Assembly: GCF_001194135.2 (NCBI RefSeq)
Contig: NC_068991.1
Coordinates: 65,287,026 to 65,351,025, forward strand
Direction: 5' to 3'
Length of the DNA: 64,000 nt
Source: Octopus bimaculoides
Lineage: Eukaryota
Numbering within the stretch: position 1 is the stretch's first letter; every line of letters begins with the position of its first letter. A program made the position numbers and the translations under genes. Below the pieces are notes generated by a model that worked only from the letters and a program-made list of their open reading frames with translations, did no database searches and was not told the origin of the DNA. Positions 11,366-26,012 of the stretch are shown here, piece by piece.

Positions 11366-13728
11366 GTTGACCTGAAAATTTCTGACAGAAGTATGCATGC
11401 TGTGTAAAGTGTTTTAAAAGAGGCCTAGTGTATCTGGCATTGTGGTCATGTACATTGGCTGTGGGTAAACAAGATGACAAAGTGTAAGTGACATGCTAGT
11501 ACATTGAAATAGATAGACAAACTTTCTCTGTGTATATTGTGACTAACTTGGGATCTTACGGAGGTAAGTTGTGTGTGGAAACAAGGGCACAGATAGCATG
11601 ATGAGACATCTGATGTGGATTAATTCATGCAAAGAAGCTAAGCAAGCACAAATCTGATAAAACAAAGCAGTTAAGGCACAATATTGAGTGCATGTATGTA
11701 ACTGAGTGCAGATATGCAGGCATGTGTGTATGAACATTGAATAGTACAGCAAAAGTTAACTGATCTGTGAAACATTGCAAACATTTATGAGCAAACATGT
11801 AGCAAAAAATCATGCAATTGAATGAAGTGTTCAAACACGTGTGCATGAAAAATTGAGCAAGCAGCCACAGGGACAAATAAATTATAAAAAATATGGAACA
11901 TATATATATATATATTCTTCCTCACTAAGGTGCAATAGTAGGAGAAAGGGAAACTGAAGAATGAAGTAACTTCTAAGAAGGGAGTGTGAAAGGTATGATT
12001 GTGCTAGATGAGGCAAAGCAAAAAATTGAAAAGAGGCATGAAGGAAGGAAGGAACAGAAAGAAAAGGATGATACAATGAAGGGAAGATAGAAAGAGGGTC
12101 AATTGATAGGAGAGCGTAAAAGAGGAAATAATGGCAGGAGGAAAGTCTCATGTGTGCACTAGCACACATGCACTATGTGTGTGTGTGCATGTATGTATGT
12201 ATATATTGTCATAGAGGATCATGATGTAACAATAAAATTTGAAGATCCCCCACCCACTTCAATTCTGATGTCTTTTGGAAAAAAATCCTACATACACATG
12301 CACTTGTCAATGCTGAAATATTGAAAGTAAATGGAAATATCTCAGGCTGGAAATAAACTGGACTGTAGCAAATATTTATATATTTATGTATTAAGTGTGT
12401 TTAAATTTAAGGATCCAGTCAACCTGTACAATTATGGAAAGAGGACTGGTGCAGAAGCCACAAAAAATACTTAGTGAAGACAAATGTGCTTCAGAACATG
12501 GTATTCTGGCAATTTAATTACAGACAAATTGTTTGTTGATTCTACCATGCATGCTACATTCCAGTATCTGGCCATTAAATTAATTGGTCTATTTATTCAA
12601 ATTTCTTATTTTGCAGTAATATCTCTTTTATCTTTATATGGTGCAGTGATGCTTTGTCACTAAAGATGGAAGAGGAATACTAGAAGCTGTATAAGGTGGG
12701 GGTAGCTTTGGTGCATTTGTACTGACAAGTAATACCAACAGGGAATAATGTAATGCAGAGCTCACTCCCCACCACCCATATTATAAACATGCTGCAATCT
12801 CAGTCAGCCCATGACTACATGAACCAAACATCTAATAATTTTACCTGCCCCTTGATTAACTTTTCATATTATGGTTTTCTTTGTATAATTGTTTTGTGCA
12901 TGTTTTAAATTAGTATTATACACAGTATTTTGTTTTCCTGTGGCATTTATATCTGTGTGTGTCTTGAGTATAAATCTGTGTATATATTTCTCAACAAGCA
13001 TTAAATGTAATTATCAAGTATTTGAACATGTGTGCACATTTTATATTATAAACACATACACATGTATATGTATGTGTGTGTGTGTGTTTGATTCTTATAT
13101 GCATGCATTTTTTAAGTGTGTGTAAGTATACATGTTTAAAGAACAACATATTTTGTAAATGTATGTTTGTGCAATGCTTTTATGTCTCTAATTAAATCTG
13201 AGAGTTTTGGGATTGAAGCATATAACAGAGCAGTGATGAGGGGGAGAGGATTCCTTTCTTCTCTTCCCTAACATCAATGTTGATCGCTATAAATTAGAAG
13301 TCACTGAGATAAAAATGTACTTTTATCTTTTGCTCTGACTTATTATACCACCCCTTCACCACCATTCCTACATAAGACAAGAAACAAAATAAAAACAAAA
13401 CAAAAAAGAAGCAACTCATAAAAGAATGAGATTTACTGATTGTGAATTTGTGTCTTTTAGACAAAATGGCAGGTCACCTGAATCTGGTGCTTCATGTTAG
13501 CTAACAACTATGGAATTTATGAACAAACAGTTAATGTCTTTGCAAGAAATAAAATAAGGGCAGAAATCCTTACTAAGGAAATGTTTTCTTTTGTTTCCCT
13601 GGTAAGGATCATAAAATACACAAGATTTCAATTAAGGTAAAGAGTATGGCAAACACTTTTTACTGAGAGTAAGCTTCAAACTAGACTTCAAAATCTGGTT
13701 TCTATTCCTGATGGGGACTATTAAACCT

Positions 13729-13828
<100 letters not shown>

Positions 13829-14007
13829 CACACATATCATTCCTCCTCACCTACACATCCCACGCCTGGTAAACCATATGCTAATATGAGAAGAAATCAA
13901 TAAAGATATTTTATAACCCAAGACTTTCTCAAGAAATCATTATTTTAAGAATAGTTTATTGTATTTTGTATTTAGCATCAGTTGTTTTCTCACCAACATC
14001 TGTTAAA

Positions 14008-14860
14008 TTCAAAGTGCATTCCAGAAGTCTTGAGACTTTTGAAGCAGAAACATTTATTAATTTCAAAGGAGTACAAAACTCTAATCTCTTTCAACATAGG
14101 ACCCTCTGACTTTGATGCACTTGTTGTGCTCCAGTCCCTTTGTGAAGGCCCCATCAAGTCCCCAAAAATGGTGTTCAATACAGTTGTCATCAGGCTTCTT
14201 CATCTTCATCTTCAGCTTGGGGAACAATAAATTCACAGGGAGTAAGGTGTGGTCTATAGAGAGGGTGAGGGACAGTTTTGATGCCTGTCACTGTGAAGGA
14301 GTTAGTTACCTGGATGGAATTGTGAACTGGTTCATTGACCTGATGCAAGTGCCATCAACCTGAGTGAAAGAGCTCAGGCCTTTTGTGAGGAAATGTCTTC
14401 TGAACTCCCTCAAACCCCACACAAAGTACTCTTTGTTGACTGTCTGGCCAGAGGGAACCCAGTTGATGTAGATGATATTCTTGCTGTTGAAAAAGGGAAT
14501 CTTCATAAGCTTCCTACTCGACTTACTTTGTCTGGCCTCTCGTGCCAGCAAAAAACCAGACGCCCAGCTCATACAAGTTAATTCATAATCATTCTGGAGC
14601 ATTTCATAAATTTTGCTGCATAGTAGCTTCCAAATTGTTTTCACATCCTGACTGCATTTTGAAAATAAGTCAGCTGTGATGAGCAGAATTTAGTAGGATA
14701 TAATCAAAGTGCTGTTACAGTCATCTCCTTTAATCTGGAATGACAAAATTTGGCCAGTTAGCTTATTGGATGTATAGTAATGAAATACTAAAATTACAAT
14801 AATCCAGGACAGTTATGCCTCTCTTAAAAAGTCTCAAAACTTCTGGAATGCACTGTGTAT
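14008..14860 (-). mobile_element. Internally deleted, decayed mariner element
   Basis: TIR cores 14013-14040 and 14827-14854 (27/28 identical as inverted repeats). Minus-strand remnant ARQSKS...FFNSKNIIYINWVPSGQTVNKEYFVWGLREFR matches the mariner transposase catalytic region; frameshifted, non-functional. Confidence 0.88.
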
Positions 14861-14885
14861 TTCAAATATGTTTAAACTAATTTTA

Positions 14886-14887
14886 CA

Positions 14888-14932
<45 letters not shown>
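14886..14932. repeat. (CA)n microsatellite
   Basis: Read directly. Confidence 0.95.
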
Positions 14933-14935
<3 letters not shown>

Positions 14936-15758
14936 GTTTGTTTCTTTTATTGGACTGCAGCCAAGTTAGAACACTACTTACAGTCAATCATATCAACTCA
15001 AGTATTTAAAGTCTGATACTTATTTTATTGATTCCCTTTGTCAAGCCAAGGAATTATGGGATTTAAACAAAGACCACTGAGTTTTGAGCAGTGTCAATGT
15101 AACACACACACACACACACACACATGGGTGTATGCGTTTGTAAACCTACATAATAGAAATACAAATATGGAAAATTTAACTATTCCTCTGTGGATTGAAA
15201 CAATGAGGAACTGCTTTAATTGAATTTAGGACCTTATTGAGTTCTCCTCAGAGGTGTCTACATCATTTGACCCAACTCCAGAAAAATAATCAGCAAATAA
15301 CCAGTTTCACTTGCACAGCTTTGGCCAGTTTGAAGCTATTTAGAAGACACTTGCCTAAGATACCACACAATAGGACCAAACCCCAAATCCACATGGTTCC
15401 AAACTGAAATGCCTAACACGCAAACATGTCTGCATCTTTTATTGTATGTGGGTTCAAATGCTGCCAAGGTTGATTTTACTTTTCATCCTTTCAGGTTTGA
15501 TAAAATAAGAAACAGTTTATAATTATGGTTGCTGTAATTGACTGTCCCCTCCCCAAACAACATCAGGCCTTGTGTCTATAGTAGAAAGGATTATCATTAT
15601 TGTAGACAGATCTATATGGGCTTAGGTAGTACAATTTTGGTTCATCTAAGCAAAATATTTAAATGCTGAGAGTGCTCAACAACTCAACAGATAGTTGGTG
15701 CTATGATTTTGTCTATGTGAATTAAAGAAGCAGGGATAATGGATTTTACCTGCATTAG

Positions 15759-15979
15759 CCCTTTAGCATTTAATCCAGCTATATTTGGCCCAAATATTAT
15801 ACCTGTTTTATGTTAAACCTAACCAAACTCCAACCTCTCACACCTGCCTTGCAATGCCTTTCTAAAAATACACAAACACACCATTGAAATTATGAAGCTA
15901 CAAAATGATGTGTGATTAATTCAAAACAATGTGAATAAATAAGCATCACATTTGACAAAGAAATCTGAATGCTAAAGGG
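15759..15979 (+). mobile_element. piggyBac-type MITE, family CCCTTTAGCATT
   Basis: TIRs CCCTTTAGCATT / AATGCTAAAGGG; TTAA targets degraded to TTAG/CTAG. Confidence 0.8.
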
Positions 15980-16489
15980 CTAGACAAAGAAATTTGGAAT
16001 ATTTATCTTATATATAATTGCTTGATCTGTTTTGCTATTACTGTTTTTCTCTTCACTCTTTCCACTTGTATCTTATCTGTATTCCTTTTAAGAAATTTCT
16101 CTCTGTCTCTCTTTCTGTCTACCACACTTTCTGTCTACCACACTCTCTTTTTGCTGTACATATGTTTCTCTTCTCTCTCATAAACCTCTCTTCTCTATTG
16201 ATAAAGTAGTTACCTCCACATCTTTACCTTAAAGGTTTTTACAAGACTAACTGCAGAAAACAACTATGTATGTGTCTATGAAAGGGAGTATGTTTAAACT
16301 GTATGTAAATGTTGGTAATTTCAGATACACGACTCTTTCTATCTCTCACCGAACTCTGTCTTCTAATCAACACATCTTCTTGGCTATTTGACAAACAACA
16401 AAGTGTACAGAGGGAAAGTAAGCAAATATTGTTTCTTAAAGTAATTCTGTACAGAGAGGATTATAGTCAGTAGAAGTGTATATTCAGTA

Positions 16490-17165
16490 CCATCATTATC
16501 ATTTTAACGTCCACTTTTTGATGTTTTCATGGGTTGGACAGAAGTCATTGAGGTGGGTTTCCTACAGCCTGATGCACTTCCTGTTGTCAACCTTCTCCCA
16601 TTTTCATGTAAAGTAAAATTCATGACCAGGCATGTTTCTGCAGAAGATTGGAAATGGATACTACTTCCATGATGGTGACATTCATTTAAAACTATCGCAT
16701 GAAGTTAAGACAAGGAGACAGTAATACATATATATATGTGTGTGTGTGTATATATTCATGCAATGGGTTCCTATCAGTTTCTTATTTCTTTATTGCCCAC
16801 AAGGGGCTAAACATAGAGGGGACAAACAAGGACAGACAAAGGGATTAAGTCGATTACATCGACCCCAATGCATAACTGGTACTTAATTTATCGACCCCAA
16901 AAGGATGAAAAGCAAAGTCGACCTCGGCAGAATTTGAACTCAGAACATAACAGCAAACAAAATACTGCTAAGCATTTCGCCCGGCGTGCTAATGATTCTG
17001 CCAGCTCGCCGCCTTCCTATCAGTTTCTGTCAACCAAATCCACTCACAAGGTTTTGGTCAGCCCAGGGCTATAGCAGAAGATACTTGCCCAAGTTACTAT
17101 GCAGTGGGATTGGACCCAAAACTATATGGTTGAGAAGCAAACTTCTTACCACACAACCACACTGG
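16490..17165 (-). mobile_element. SINE family A with RTE-like tail, interrupted by a family B SINE
   Basis: (CAT)n tail at ~16490, head at ~17160; insertion at 16783-17013. Confidence 0.8.
16783..17013 (-). mobile_element. Young SINE family B (variant tail)
   Basis: Perfect 15-bp TSD TTCCTATCAGTTTCT (16768-16782, 17014-17028); CpGs intact. Confidence 0.92.
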
Positions 17166-18730
17166 TGCCTGTTTATATTTTGAAGAAAAATTGGTGTAGA
17201 ATTTCATTGACCATTAAAGTATCAAAATATCATTAAGGAATAAAATCCATCTAGAAAATGTCCCAAATGGAATCCCCTGATGCCAACATTTCATGACTGA
17301 TATATTTTGAGTCTGTGATCTCCTGCTGGTGTACTTAAGCAGTTTTTCCTATTCTCACACAACTTGCACAAATATTTGTACTTTTTTAAATAATCTTATG
17401 TTTATAATTGATAAAAAAAACCCTCCAAAAACAAACAAACCAAATGGAGACTATACATACATACAATCATATGGACATTTATATACAACCGTGCATACCA
17501 CAGTCTTGCATACCTTAGACACAAGCAGACAACTTTGCACACACATGCACACAGGTATATGCACATTAATTTACGTGTGTGTGTGTGTGTAAAAGGACAA
17601 ATAAGTATGCATAGCCATACACACACACTGACAAAAGAAATACAGCAGTACACCGATACACTGTTATACATCTGTTTAATATTCATGAAAGAATGTCGTT
17701 TATATCTGAAGAAGAAATAGTTTTTGCCAAAAGTGAGAAAAATCAAGTATACCATCTGAATAAATAAAAGAGAAAACACTTGACAAGAAAAGTACTTAAC
17801 AAATAGGAAACAAGTAGGAAAGTTTGTTGGAAAAACAAAAGTTAGAATTAGTTTAGGATAGCCAGAGGGTGAGGCAAGGAACACAGCAAATATGGTGAGA
17901 CAGCAGTGTTGTGTTCACACAATTCTTATAGTCATTAATCACTGTTATTTGCTTTGCTGTAAAATGGTAAAACAGCTTATGAACTGCCTGAATAATAAGC
18001 ATAAGTTATCTTTCCACTACTGTTATTGTTGTTTAGTGAGTTATTTCCTCATGACTGAAGAAAACTGAAAAAAAAAAAGCTGTACAAGAATAATTATACT
18101 TGGCAATAAGAGCAACTTTATTAACTCCTTTATCAACCCTTATAGTAGGTGCATGTTCAGTGCTATTGGTGATAGTAGTCCCTTCACTTGAGTTAAAAAT
18201 GGGTTTTGGAATTTACCTCTGGTTGGTAGTAGTTAAGCCAGAAAAGAAGCTGTAAATTACACATTAAATTTTTGGCGTCAAGTTAAAAAATGTTATCATT
18301 TTCTCCAACAAAGTTCTCTTTTATCTCAAATATCCCTGGGTTATTTGCTAAATTTTACTTCCAATTTATAATCTTAAATATTCATTATGCAGCTGTTACA
18401 CTAGTTTTTGTTTCAAAATATCCCTAAGCTATGTTTAAATACCAAACACATCCTTAGTTGTTAACCTTTAACTTCCTGTATGACACAGTACTGTATGGGA
18501 CTGCATTGGACAGCCAGCCCTGAAACATGCAATATCACAAATTCATACTAACCTTGTTTACATATCATGTGGAATATCCCAGAAACAGCAGTAAGACATC
18601 CAATAATTAATTAATTGAGTGATTAACTAACTAATTAATTAATTACTTCAAATTTACCTCACACTAATTAAATATTCTAAATGACTTGAGACACTTGTCC
18701 TGCCTTGGTTTCATTGTCCTTTTTCTTCCA

Positions 18731-18795
<65 letters not shown>

Positions 18796-18883
18796 TACAT
18801 GCATGGCTGTGTGGTAAGAAGCCTGCTTCCTAATCACATGGTTCCTGGTTCAGTCACTGCATGGCACTGACCAAAACTTGTTG

Positions 18884-18916
<33 letters not shown>

Positions 18917-19150
18917 CCCACACACACACACGTATGTATATATCTATGTGCATGTGTCTTTGTGTCTATGTTTGTCCTCCCAACTGCCTAATAACCAGTG
19001 TTGGTGTATTTACATCCCTGTAACTTAGCAGTTCAGCAAAAAAGACTGATAAAATAAATACGATTTGTTCAACTAAAACCCTTCAAGGCATTGCTCTGGT
19101 AAGGCTGCAGTCAAATGACTGAAACAAGTAAAAGAATAAAAGAATATATA
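18796..19150 (+). mobile_element. SINE family A, diverged; preceded by (CATA)n(TA)n
   Basis: Head, central microsatellite and tail are recognisable. Confidence 0.8.
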
Positions 19151-19859
19151 TATGTATATATAAAAGAATATATACATATTTTATACTAGTAGCTCTTACG
19201 TTTTCAGTGGTCTAAGGACTTTGTAATGAGCAAATGCTTTTTTTTAAAAAAGAAAAGCCATATTTGTGCCTTTTATTGGTGGGCAAATCTCATCTGATTA
19301 ATCTGCCATAATCTTTAGATCTTGATTCAACAATTTTGAGAGCTTCTGAAATATGTATAAAATATAGTTTAAACAATATCTAGTTATAGAGGTTAGGCAT
19401 TCTGTAGCCCATTGCATCTCTTGTGTACAACCTTGTCATCATCATTGTAATTGTAATCATTATCATTGTAATCATTATCATCATCAATCTCATTGTTGTT
19501 TTAACCTCCTCTTTGTAGTGTATTTTGTGCAAGGTAACTTGACTCTTTCTCTCACCCCAAGAATACCTATGGGAGGAGTTGAACTCTGCACTGTGAGCAA
19601 ACATTATCATCACATAGTTCTGTCAGTGCACCTAGAAGTGTGTATGTGCTTGTATGTATGTGTGTGTGTATGTATATGTATTTTTTTTCTGCCAAATTGA
19701 CTGAATCAAGTAAAATATATAAATATTGAAAAAATTTAATGGGTTATGTTTAAAATGGCATCTCATCTAAGTCACAATGTGTCTTTAATTATGCCTGAAG
19801 AATGACGGTTCTAATTTATGTATTAAATCTTTCTGTAATTTCTATCAGAGACATACTCC

Positions 19860-21300
19860 ATCTCCACTTACACAACATTATTGGCTGAGCTGCTGTCATT
19901 ACAACTTCTACTCATGTGAATCCCTTAAGGATCTGGCTTTTCTTGTAAACCTTTACTCTCTTCTGTGCCTTTCATTTACCCAGATATTTTTGGTTAGATG
20001 GGAATCAGATTCCTCCATTGAATCAACTGATGTAGCGCCTGTCTACTGCTTGAACTTCCCCCACATGTCTCTTGGGTGTTAATTAGTAAGGTAAAGTAGA
20101 AACGTTTTACTGTGTTAATTAGATGTCTAGTCTGAGGGGAAGCAACATCCCTAAGAGGTTATTTCTTAACCTTGTCTCATCTCATTTGACGAAAGGTATT
20201 AGGATTCTTCTGTGGCTTACATATGGCTAAACACATTTTCATATTCCTTTTGACTCTCCATTTATCAACTTCTGTTGTTATATGAGAACTTTACTGTTAA
20301 TATTATTTTAACTCTACAGTCTCTTGGATTAATAAATCATGAGATTTTCTCATTTTCATAGCATTAATAAGTGGATGTGTGACATATCTCTCTTTGGATA
20401 GGATAATCACAGATAACTTTCAAAAGCAATCTTGGTATCTATTTCTCTATATCCTTGCTTCTGCTAAGTGAACTGAGACAATGAAAAATTAAATATTTTT
20501 CCCAGAAACTTACCAAAACACTGGCTGTACATTTGGACATTTGATCTTCTAGATCTACTAGTTGATAGTCCCAAACCTTATGCGTTTAGTCACTTTTGTT
20601 TCTACTATGTCAGTTCTTCCCCGGGAAATACTTAACTATTTAAGATTAGCAGAGACTCCATCTAAGAATATCTGAAGAAGGAATTGTAATTCTGAAATAT
20701 CATCGGACTATGGGTAACTAAATTACAACAGGTATATAGTCCATTTTTTTGTATTATAGTGCATTGTTGTACCATTCAAAATTTTTTATTCTTTACAAAC
20801 AATACACAATGCTTCAAGCGAACTACAATACTTTCCTGTAATACAAAATTTATAAAGCTTCTATTAAAATAAGAGTATTGACTCCTCTCATTATGACATC
20901 TAAATTTACAGACTTCACTAAATGCTAGACCTTGTAATCTTTGTTAAACTTGTATGGTGACCACATGGTCAATGGATAATACAATTGTGATTGCATCTCA
21001 ATGGCTAAGTCCCTACTTCAAGCCCTTTCCCCAAAAGTATCAAACTACTTCAATTCAGAACAGTTGTTGATATTCAACAAGGGGTGATGGGGCTGTAAAT
21101 CACACAAACTTTCTAAAGCTCAATTCTTTCTCCTAAGAACCAAAACTTTCTGGAACTCATCTCTTCTAAATTTCCTATAGCATTAATTTGCAGGTATCTG
21201 CATCAATCTCATCAGTCTTGAAGGGGTTTTAATGGCTTGTAATGAAGGAATATTTTGGCTGGTTGACAGAAGTTCCAAATACAAAATATTTATCATTAAT
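19860..21300 (-). mobile_element. Possible ancient LINE ORF2 remnant (endonuclease/linker region)
   Basis: Scattered, frame-broken minus-strand peptides (KVCVIYSP, SIDHVVT, PRDMWGKFKQ*TG) resemble APE-endonuclease and linker motifs in the expected order; heavily decayed. Confidence 0.35.
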
Positions 21301-22514
21301 AAAAATAATGTTGTTACAAACAGCATGAAAAAATATTTACATCATGTGAGTCAGTTTGTGTGTGTTCATGAGAGATATGTGTGTCAGCAAAGACAGTGGA
21401 CTCAAGTAGTTGTTGCATGTTGTAGATGAGTGAGTGCCTAAGTTCCTGCAGTAAGTTGGTTTTAGCTATGTCACAACCACTGGTCAGTTACAAGGCAAAC
21501 CATCTCTATATATAGCAAAAGTCTATAAAAAAAAGGCACCAAAGACAGAATCGTCAATGATAATCCTATATGTTCTTTATCACAATTGGGTTCTGAGTCA
21601 AGCATCTGTTGCTTCTATTTTGACTGGTCAACTATCTACTGATAAAAAGATAAAATTTCTTGATTTGTCTACCAGAGATCTGAATGGATACTTTGCTGAT
21701 GTCAACAATCCTTCATAGCATCCTGCTTGTTGTTTATTATTACTTTCACATCTGAACATAGTGTTTTTTGGATTCTATTCTGAAATAGTGAATTAGTGTT
21801 TGGGGCTCTATCAACATTCCTGCTACAGGCTATTAACATAGCTTCTCTTCCTTATATTAAATAATTAGAAATAAATAAATGATCTATAATAATAAGTGAA
21901 ATCATATAGTCCTTGAGATAGGCATGAATCTAATTTTCTCTGCTTTTGCAAATGTGCTTGTGTAAGAAATACCTTCTTCACAGAGAAATATGTGTATATT
22001 TTTAAAAGTATTTTGTGAACAACATGTGAACAAACCAAAAAATGTAGGTTAGAGATTTGTGAGTTGAGATTAAATCACATCATATTTAAGTTTTTCATTT
22101 TAATTAATTACTTCCTTTTTCTACAACTGAGAATTTATAAAAGAAGTAAAATGATACAGCTAATTTCTCTGAGACTGTCACTTGAAAAATCTCTTGGAAT
22201 TTCTCATCATTTGACTGGCACTGGGCCAACATATTCCATGGTATCATCTGCTGAAGAAGAATTTAGCAAAATATCAGATATAAAGTGACAAGCCCCTGAT
22301 TAGTGTAGCAAGTGTAAAACAACTGATCACATGGTTAGGGGCTGTAAAGAGAGGAGTTAATATATTCAGAGTTATTTGAATTAAAGCTCTAATTTCAAAC
22401 TTCACTGGAGTCAAACATTGCATTTCATCCTTCCGGTGGGAGTCAAAAAATTAAGGACTAGGATGAAGGATGATGTCTCACACTTTCTCTGTAAATTTCT
22501 GAAATTATACCAGT

Positions 22515-22950
22515 CACCATCATTAATGTTCATTTTTCCATGCTTGAATGGGTCAAGTGAAATTTGTTGAGGCAGATTTTCTGTGGCTGGATGATGCTCT
22601 TCCTGTCACCAACCCTCACCTGTTTCGCCATGGCCAGACAGCTTTTTCACAGAAGATTAGAAATGAACAACATCACTTGTATGATGATAATGTTCATTTA
22701 CAAATATTATGTGATGTTAAGACAAGGGCGCATGCGCACGCACACACACACACACACACACACACGCACGCACGCACGCACGCATGCACGCACGCACACA
22801 CACACACACACTCACACTCACTCACTCTTGCAACAAGCTTCTTTCAGTTTCTGTCTACCAAATCCATTCACAAGATGCCACACGGTGGGACTGAACCCAA
22901 GACCATACGGTTGGGAAGCATGCTTCCTAACCGCACAGCCACACCTGAAC
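22515..22950 (-). mobile_element. SINE family A with RTE-like tail and (CA)/(CACG) microsatellite
   Basis: Tail, microsatellite, body and head in reverse orientation. Confidence 0.82.
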
Positions 22951-24031
22951 CAGTGTAATAAATAAACCTTTACTTTCAAATTATCATTGTTTGGGCATTC
23001 AGTTAATAAGACAAGCCTCTATATGGCCAGTCAATCTGCTAGAAATAACAGCCACATCCTCTTCAAATCATACATTGCCATCTCTAAAAAAGAAATAAAA
23101 GGACACATTGGATAACATCATCTTAAATATACTGCCTGAAAGAAAGATGGAATAGCTACATTTAGAATGCTTTTGATCATAGGCCTACTCATTGACATTC
23201 ATAGCTTACCATGGGCTAAAAAACAAACTGACATTAATTTTATCAATCAAAGCTGTTGTAGTTGATGCTTATCTCCATCTGCCCCTCGCCACTTTTTTTT
23301 TTTTTTTTACATCCTTTAGAACTGTCAATAACAGCCATGTGACTCTGTTGAAGGATTGCTGCCAGCTGATAAGTGAAGAACTGGTAGAGGTTGGTGAGAT
23401 GAAGTGGTGGTGGTAGCAAGAAAGGGTATGTGTGTGTGTGTGTGTGTGGAGTGCCTTCATTCCCTAGAAACATTTGTGATAGCTGTGGATTGCAAATAAT
23501 GGGGACAAATGCGATAACTGAGCGATAGGATGTAAAAAATTAAGGATGGCAAACACAACTTGTACCTACAGGGGATGTCATTAAAGAGAGGGTGTGTTGC
23601 CAGTTTGTATAAGGCAAGAGACTAATATATGTGCTACTTGACTAACTACCTACAAAATCCCTTTGCAATTATTTTGCTGCCTATGTAGGATGCTGCCTTC
23701 CATTCTTCACATTGTTTGATCTAGTTCCATTAGCATTTTTAAAAAATTTCTTTTTCTTTTCTCCGGTTATCAGTAATTTAAATCCCTCATTAGCCACTAA
23801 TAAGGGATCTGTTCCATTGCAATTTTTTAAAGAGAGCTGGTTGTCAAATCAACGATAATGAGGATAGAAAGGATGAAATATAAGGCTCAGAGAAGCCATA
23901 TTTCAGGTAACCTGATGGACTGACCCCATCCTATAATTTGATGCGGTTACAGTAAAATGACTGCATCTGTGGTCAGTACCATTTGATTGGAAAAACATGT
24001 TTGCAAAAGCTTTTAGTGATATAATATTTAA

Positions 24032-24249
24032 CCCTTTAGCATCTAAACTGGCCATATCCGGCCAAAATATTCTACCTGCTTTAGGTTCAAACAGGCCAGA
24101 TCATGCCCCTCACACCTACCCTACAATGTCATTCTAAAAATAAAGTTATAACATCAAAATCTCAAAAATACAAGATAATCCAGGATTAATTTCAAGTAAT
24201 GTAAATAAAAAAGTATTTCATTTGGCAGAATAATCTAAATGCTAAAGGG
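24032..24249 (+). mobile_element. piggyBac-type MITE, family CCCTTTAGCATT
   Basis: TTAA at 24028-24031 and 24250-24253; TIRs CCCTTTAGCAT / ATGCTAAAGGG. Confidence 0.9.
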
Positions 24250-24339
24250 TTAAGATCTAAAATAACAAACTCAGAAATTATAATTTGATGAGGTAATTGG
24301 ATCATATTTCAGAGCTTATTATATTCGAATATTGTAAGT

Positions 24340-24550
24340 CAGTGAGCTGGCAGAACTGTTAGTCGGTTGAATAAAATGCTTAGTGGCATTTCTTCTGGCT
24401 CCCCACATTCTGAATTCAAATTCCACTGAGGTCGACTTTGCCTTTCATCCTTTCAGGGTTGATAAAAGAAAGTACCAGTTAAGTACTGGAGTTGGTATAA
24501 TTGACTAACCCCCTCCCCCTAAAATACTGGCCTTGTACCAAAATTTGAAA
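24340..24550 (+). mobile_element. SINE family B
   Basis: Colinear with the copy at 93-312. Confidence 0.82.
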
Positions 24551-24784
24551 TAGATATATTACAAGATTGTATCAACATTATCTAGTAGAAGTGTTGTTGA
24601 TCAATAACCTAATTAACACTAATTCAAATAATTCATTAAAACATCAAAACAGTTTCTGGCTATACTGGTTAGAAGGGTTTATAAATATTGGTATAAAGCT
24701 TTCTGAATGATAAAGTATTATTTTTCTTTCTTTACATACCATCATCAATTTTTTTAATGTCTGTTTCTTCATATTAGATTTAAT

Positions 24785-25120
24785 GAATTTGTGAGTGGAT
24801 TTGGTAGGAACTGAAAGGAGCTCATCACTCATGCGCGTGTGTGTATATACATGCACACACATATATGTATGTATGTGTGCATCTGTGATAGTTGTAAATG
24901 TTCATAGCCATCATACAAATCATGTTCTTTTCCAGTCTTCCATGAAAAACAAGGCTGACCATAGTAAAATATTGTTTTGCTTGGAAACAGGTCAGGAGAT
25001 GGCAACAGGCAATGCATCCTGCTGTAGAAAATTTACCTCAACAAATTCCATCTGATCCATGCAAGCATGGAAAAGTGGACATTAAAAGATGATGATCAAG
25101 ATGGTGGACATTAAATGATG
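24785..25120 (+). mobile_element. SINE family A fragment with RTE-like tail
   Basis: ttgtgagtggatttggtag body and ...gcatggaaaagtggacattaaaagatgatg tail. Confidence 0.72.
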
Positions 25121-25763
25121 ATGGTCACTGACAGTAAAAAATAAAATGAAAACAGTAAATACTCCTAAATTTTGCCTGAAAAGAAAGAATATTGAAGTTT
25201 ACGGTTTGTTGGTTGTTGTTTAACCCTGGGTGAACTTTTGGTTGAGCAGGCCTATGATCATAGGTAGTGGCAGACTGGCCAGGTTGCCAGCCTGCTCGAT
25301 GGCAAGTGGACCCCTGCGCCATTAGAATCCATATATGGGGGCCCATGTTAGTATCTAAGGGGCCCATCCCCTCAAGTTTGAGAATTTTTTATTCACTCCT
25401 GGAAGAATGCATTAATTATTTCAGCCTGGCTGTGTTTGTGGACAGTTGAAAAGAGTACTTTTAACAAAAAAAATAAATAAATAAATAAATGATAGCATTG
25501 TAGTTGTAGGTTTCTTAATTTTTGTGACAAGGCATATGCATACAGATAACATCCTGGGCTATTCATAACAATCTATACAGAAAAAAAACGACCTTCCAAA
25601 TTTTTTTAAGACCTTTATTACATTGACTCAGAAACTTAAATAGTCTCTATCACAAACAACCATTAATCTTTCTTTCAACCAATATCCGACCTTTGAATAT
25701 CCCATCTTTTTTTTTTAACATATATTCAGAATTACTGTATGTGATATGGTCATCCATTTTTAA

Positions 25764-25956
25764 CCCTTTGCCCATCCAAAGTATTTTCATAAATTTGTCC
25801 TAAATTCCATGCTTGTTTTTAGATTTTAGTTAATTCTAAAGTCCTAATCTATTCTGGTGGTTCAAAAATAATTAGGAACGTGTATCATGTATGATGTGTG
25901 GATGTCAGAGAAATATGTTCTGTGTATCATTTGTGATACACAGGACAGGCAAAGAG
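25764..25956. mobile_element. Second piggyBac-like MITE family (diverged)
   Basis: Flanked by TTAA on both sides; imperfect TIR CCCTTTGCCC / AGGCAAAGAG. Confidence 0.5.
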
Positions 25957-26012
25957 TTAAGATAAAGGGTAGAATTTGAAGGAGATTTGGTTGAAATTGT
26001 GGTAGGCAGAAT

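Noticed and set aside
11500-11570. Plus-strand frame YIEIDRQTFSVYIVTNLGSYG ending at GAG|GTAAGT
   Set aside because: No pyrimidine tract at the acceptor; the surrounding sequence looks like CpG-decayed TE debris.
12412-12474. Alternative frame DPVNLYNYGKR resembling an amidated neuropeptide cleavage site
   Set aside because: Single occurrence, no signal peptide or repeated peptides, and a stop follows shortly.
19380-19613. Met/Ile/Thr-rich ORF and other microsatellite-derived ORFs (poly-HT, poly-CV, poly-Y/S)
   Set aside because: Translations of simple repeats with no splice or homology support.
21194-21345. Plus-strand open frame bounded by cAG and GTGAGT
   Set aside because: Weak pyrimidine tract, no recognisable product, and it overlaps a probable decayed LINE on the opposite strand.
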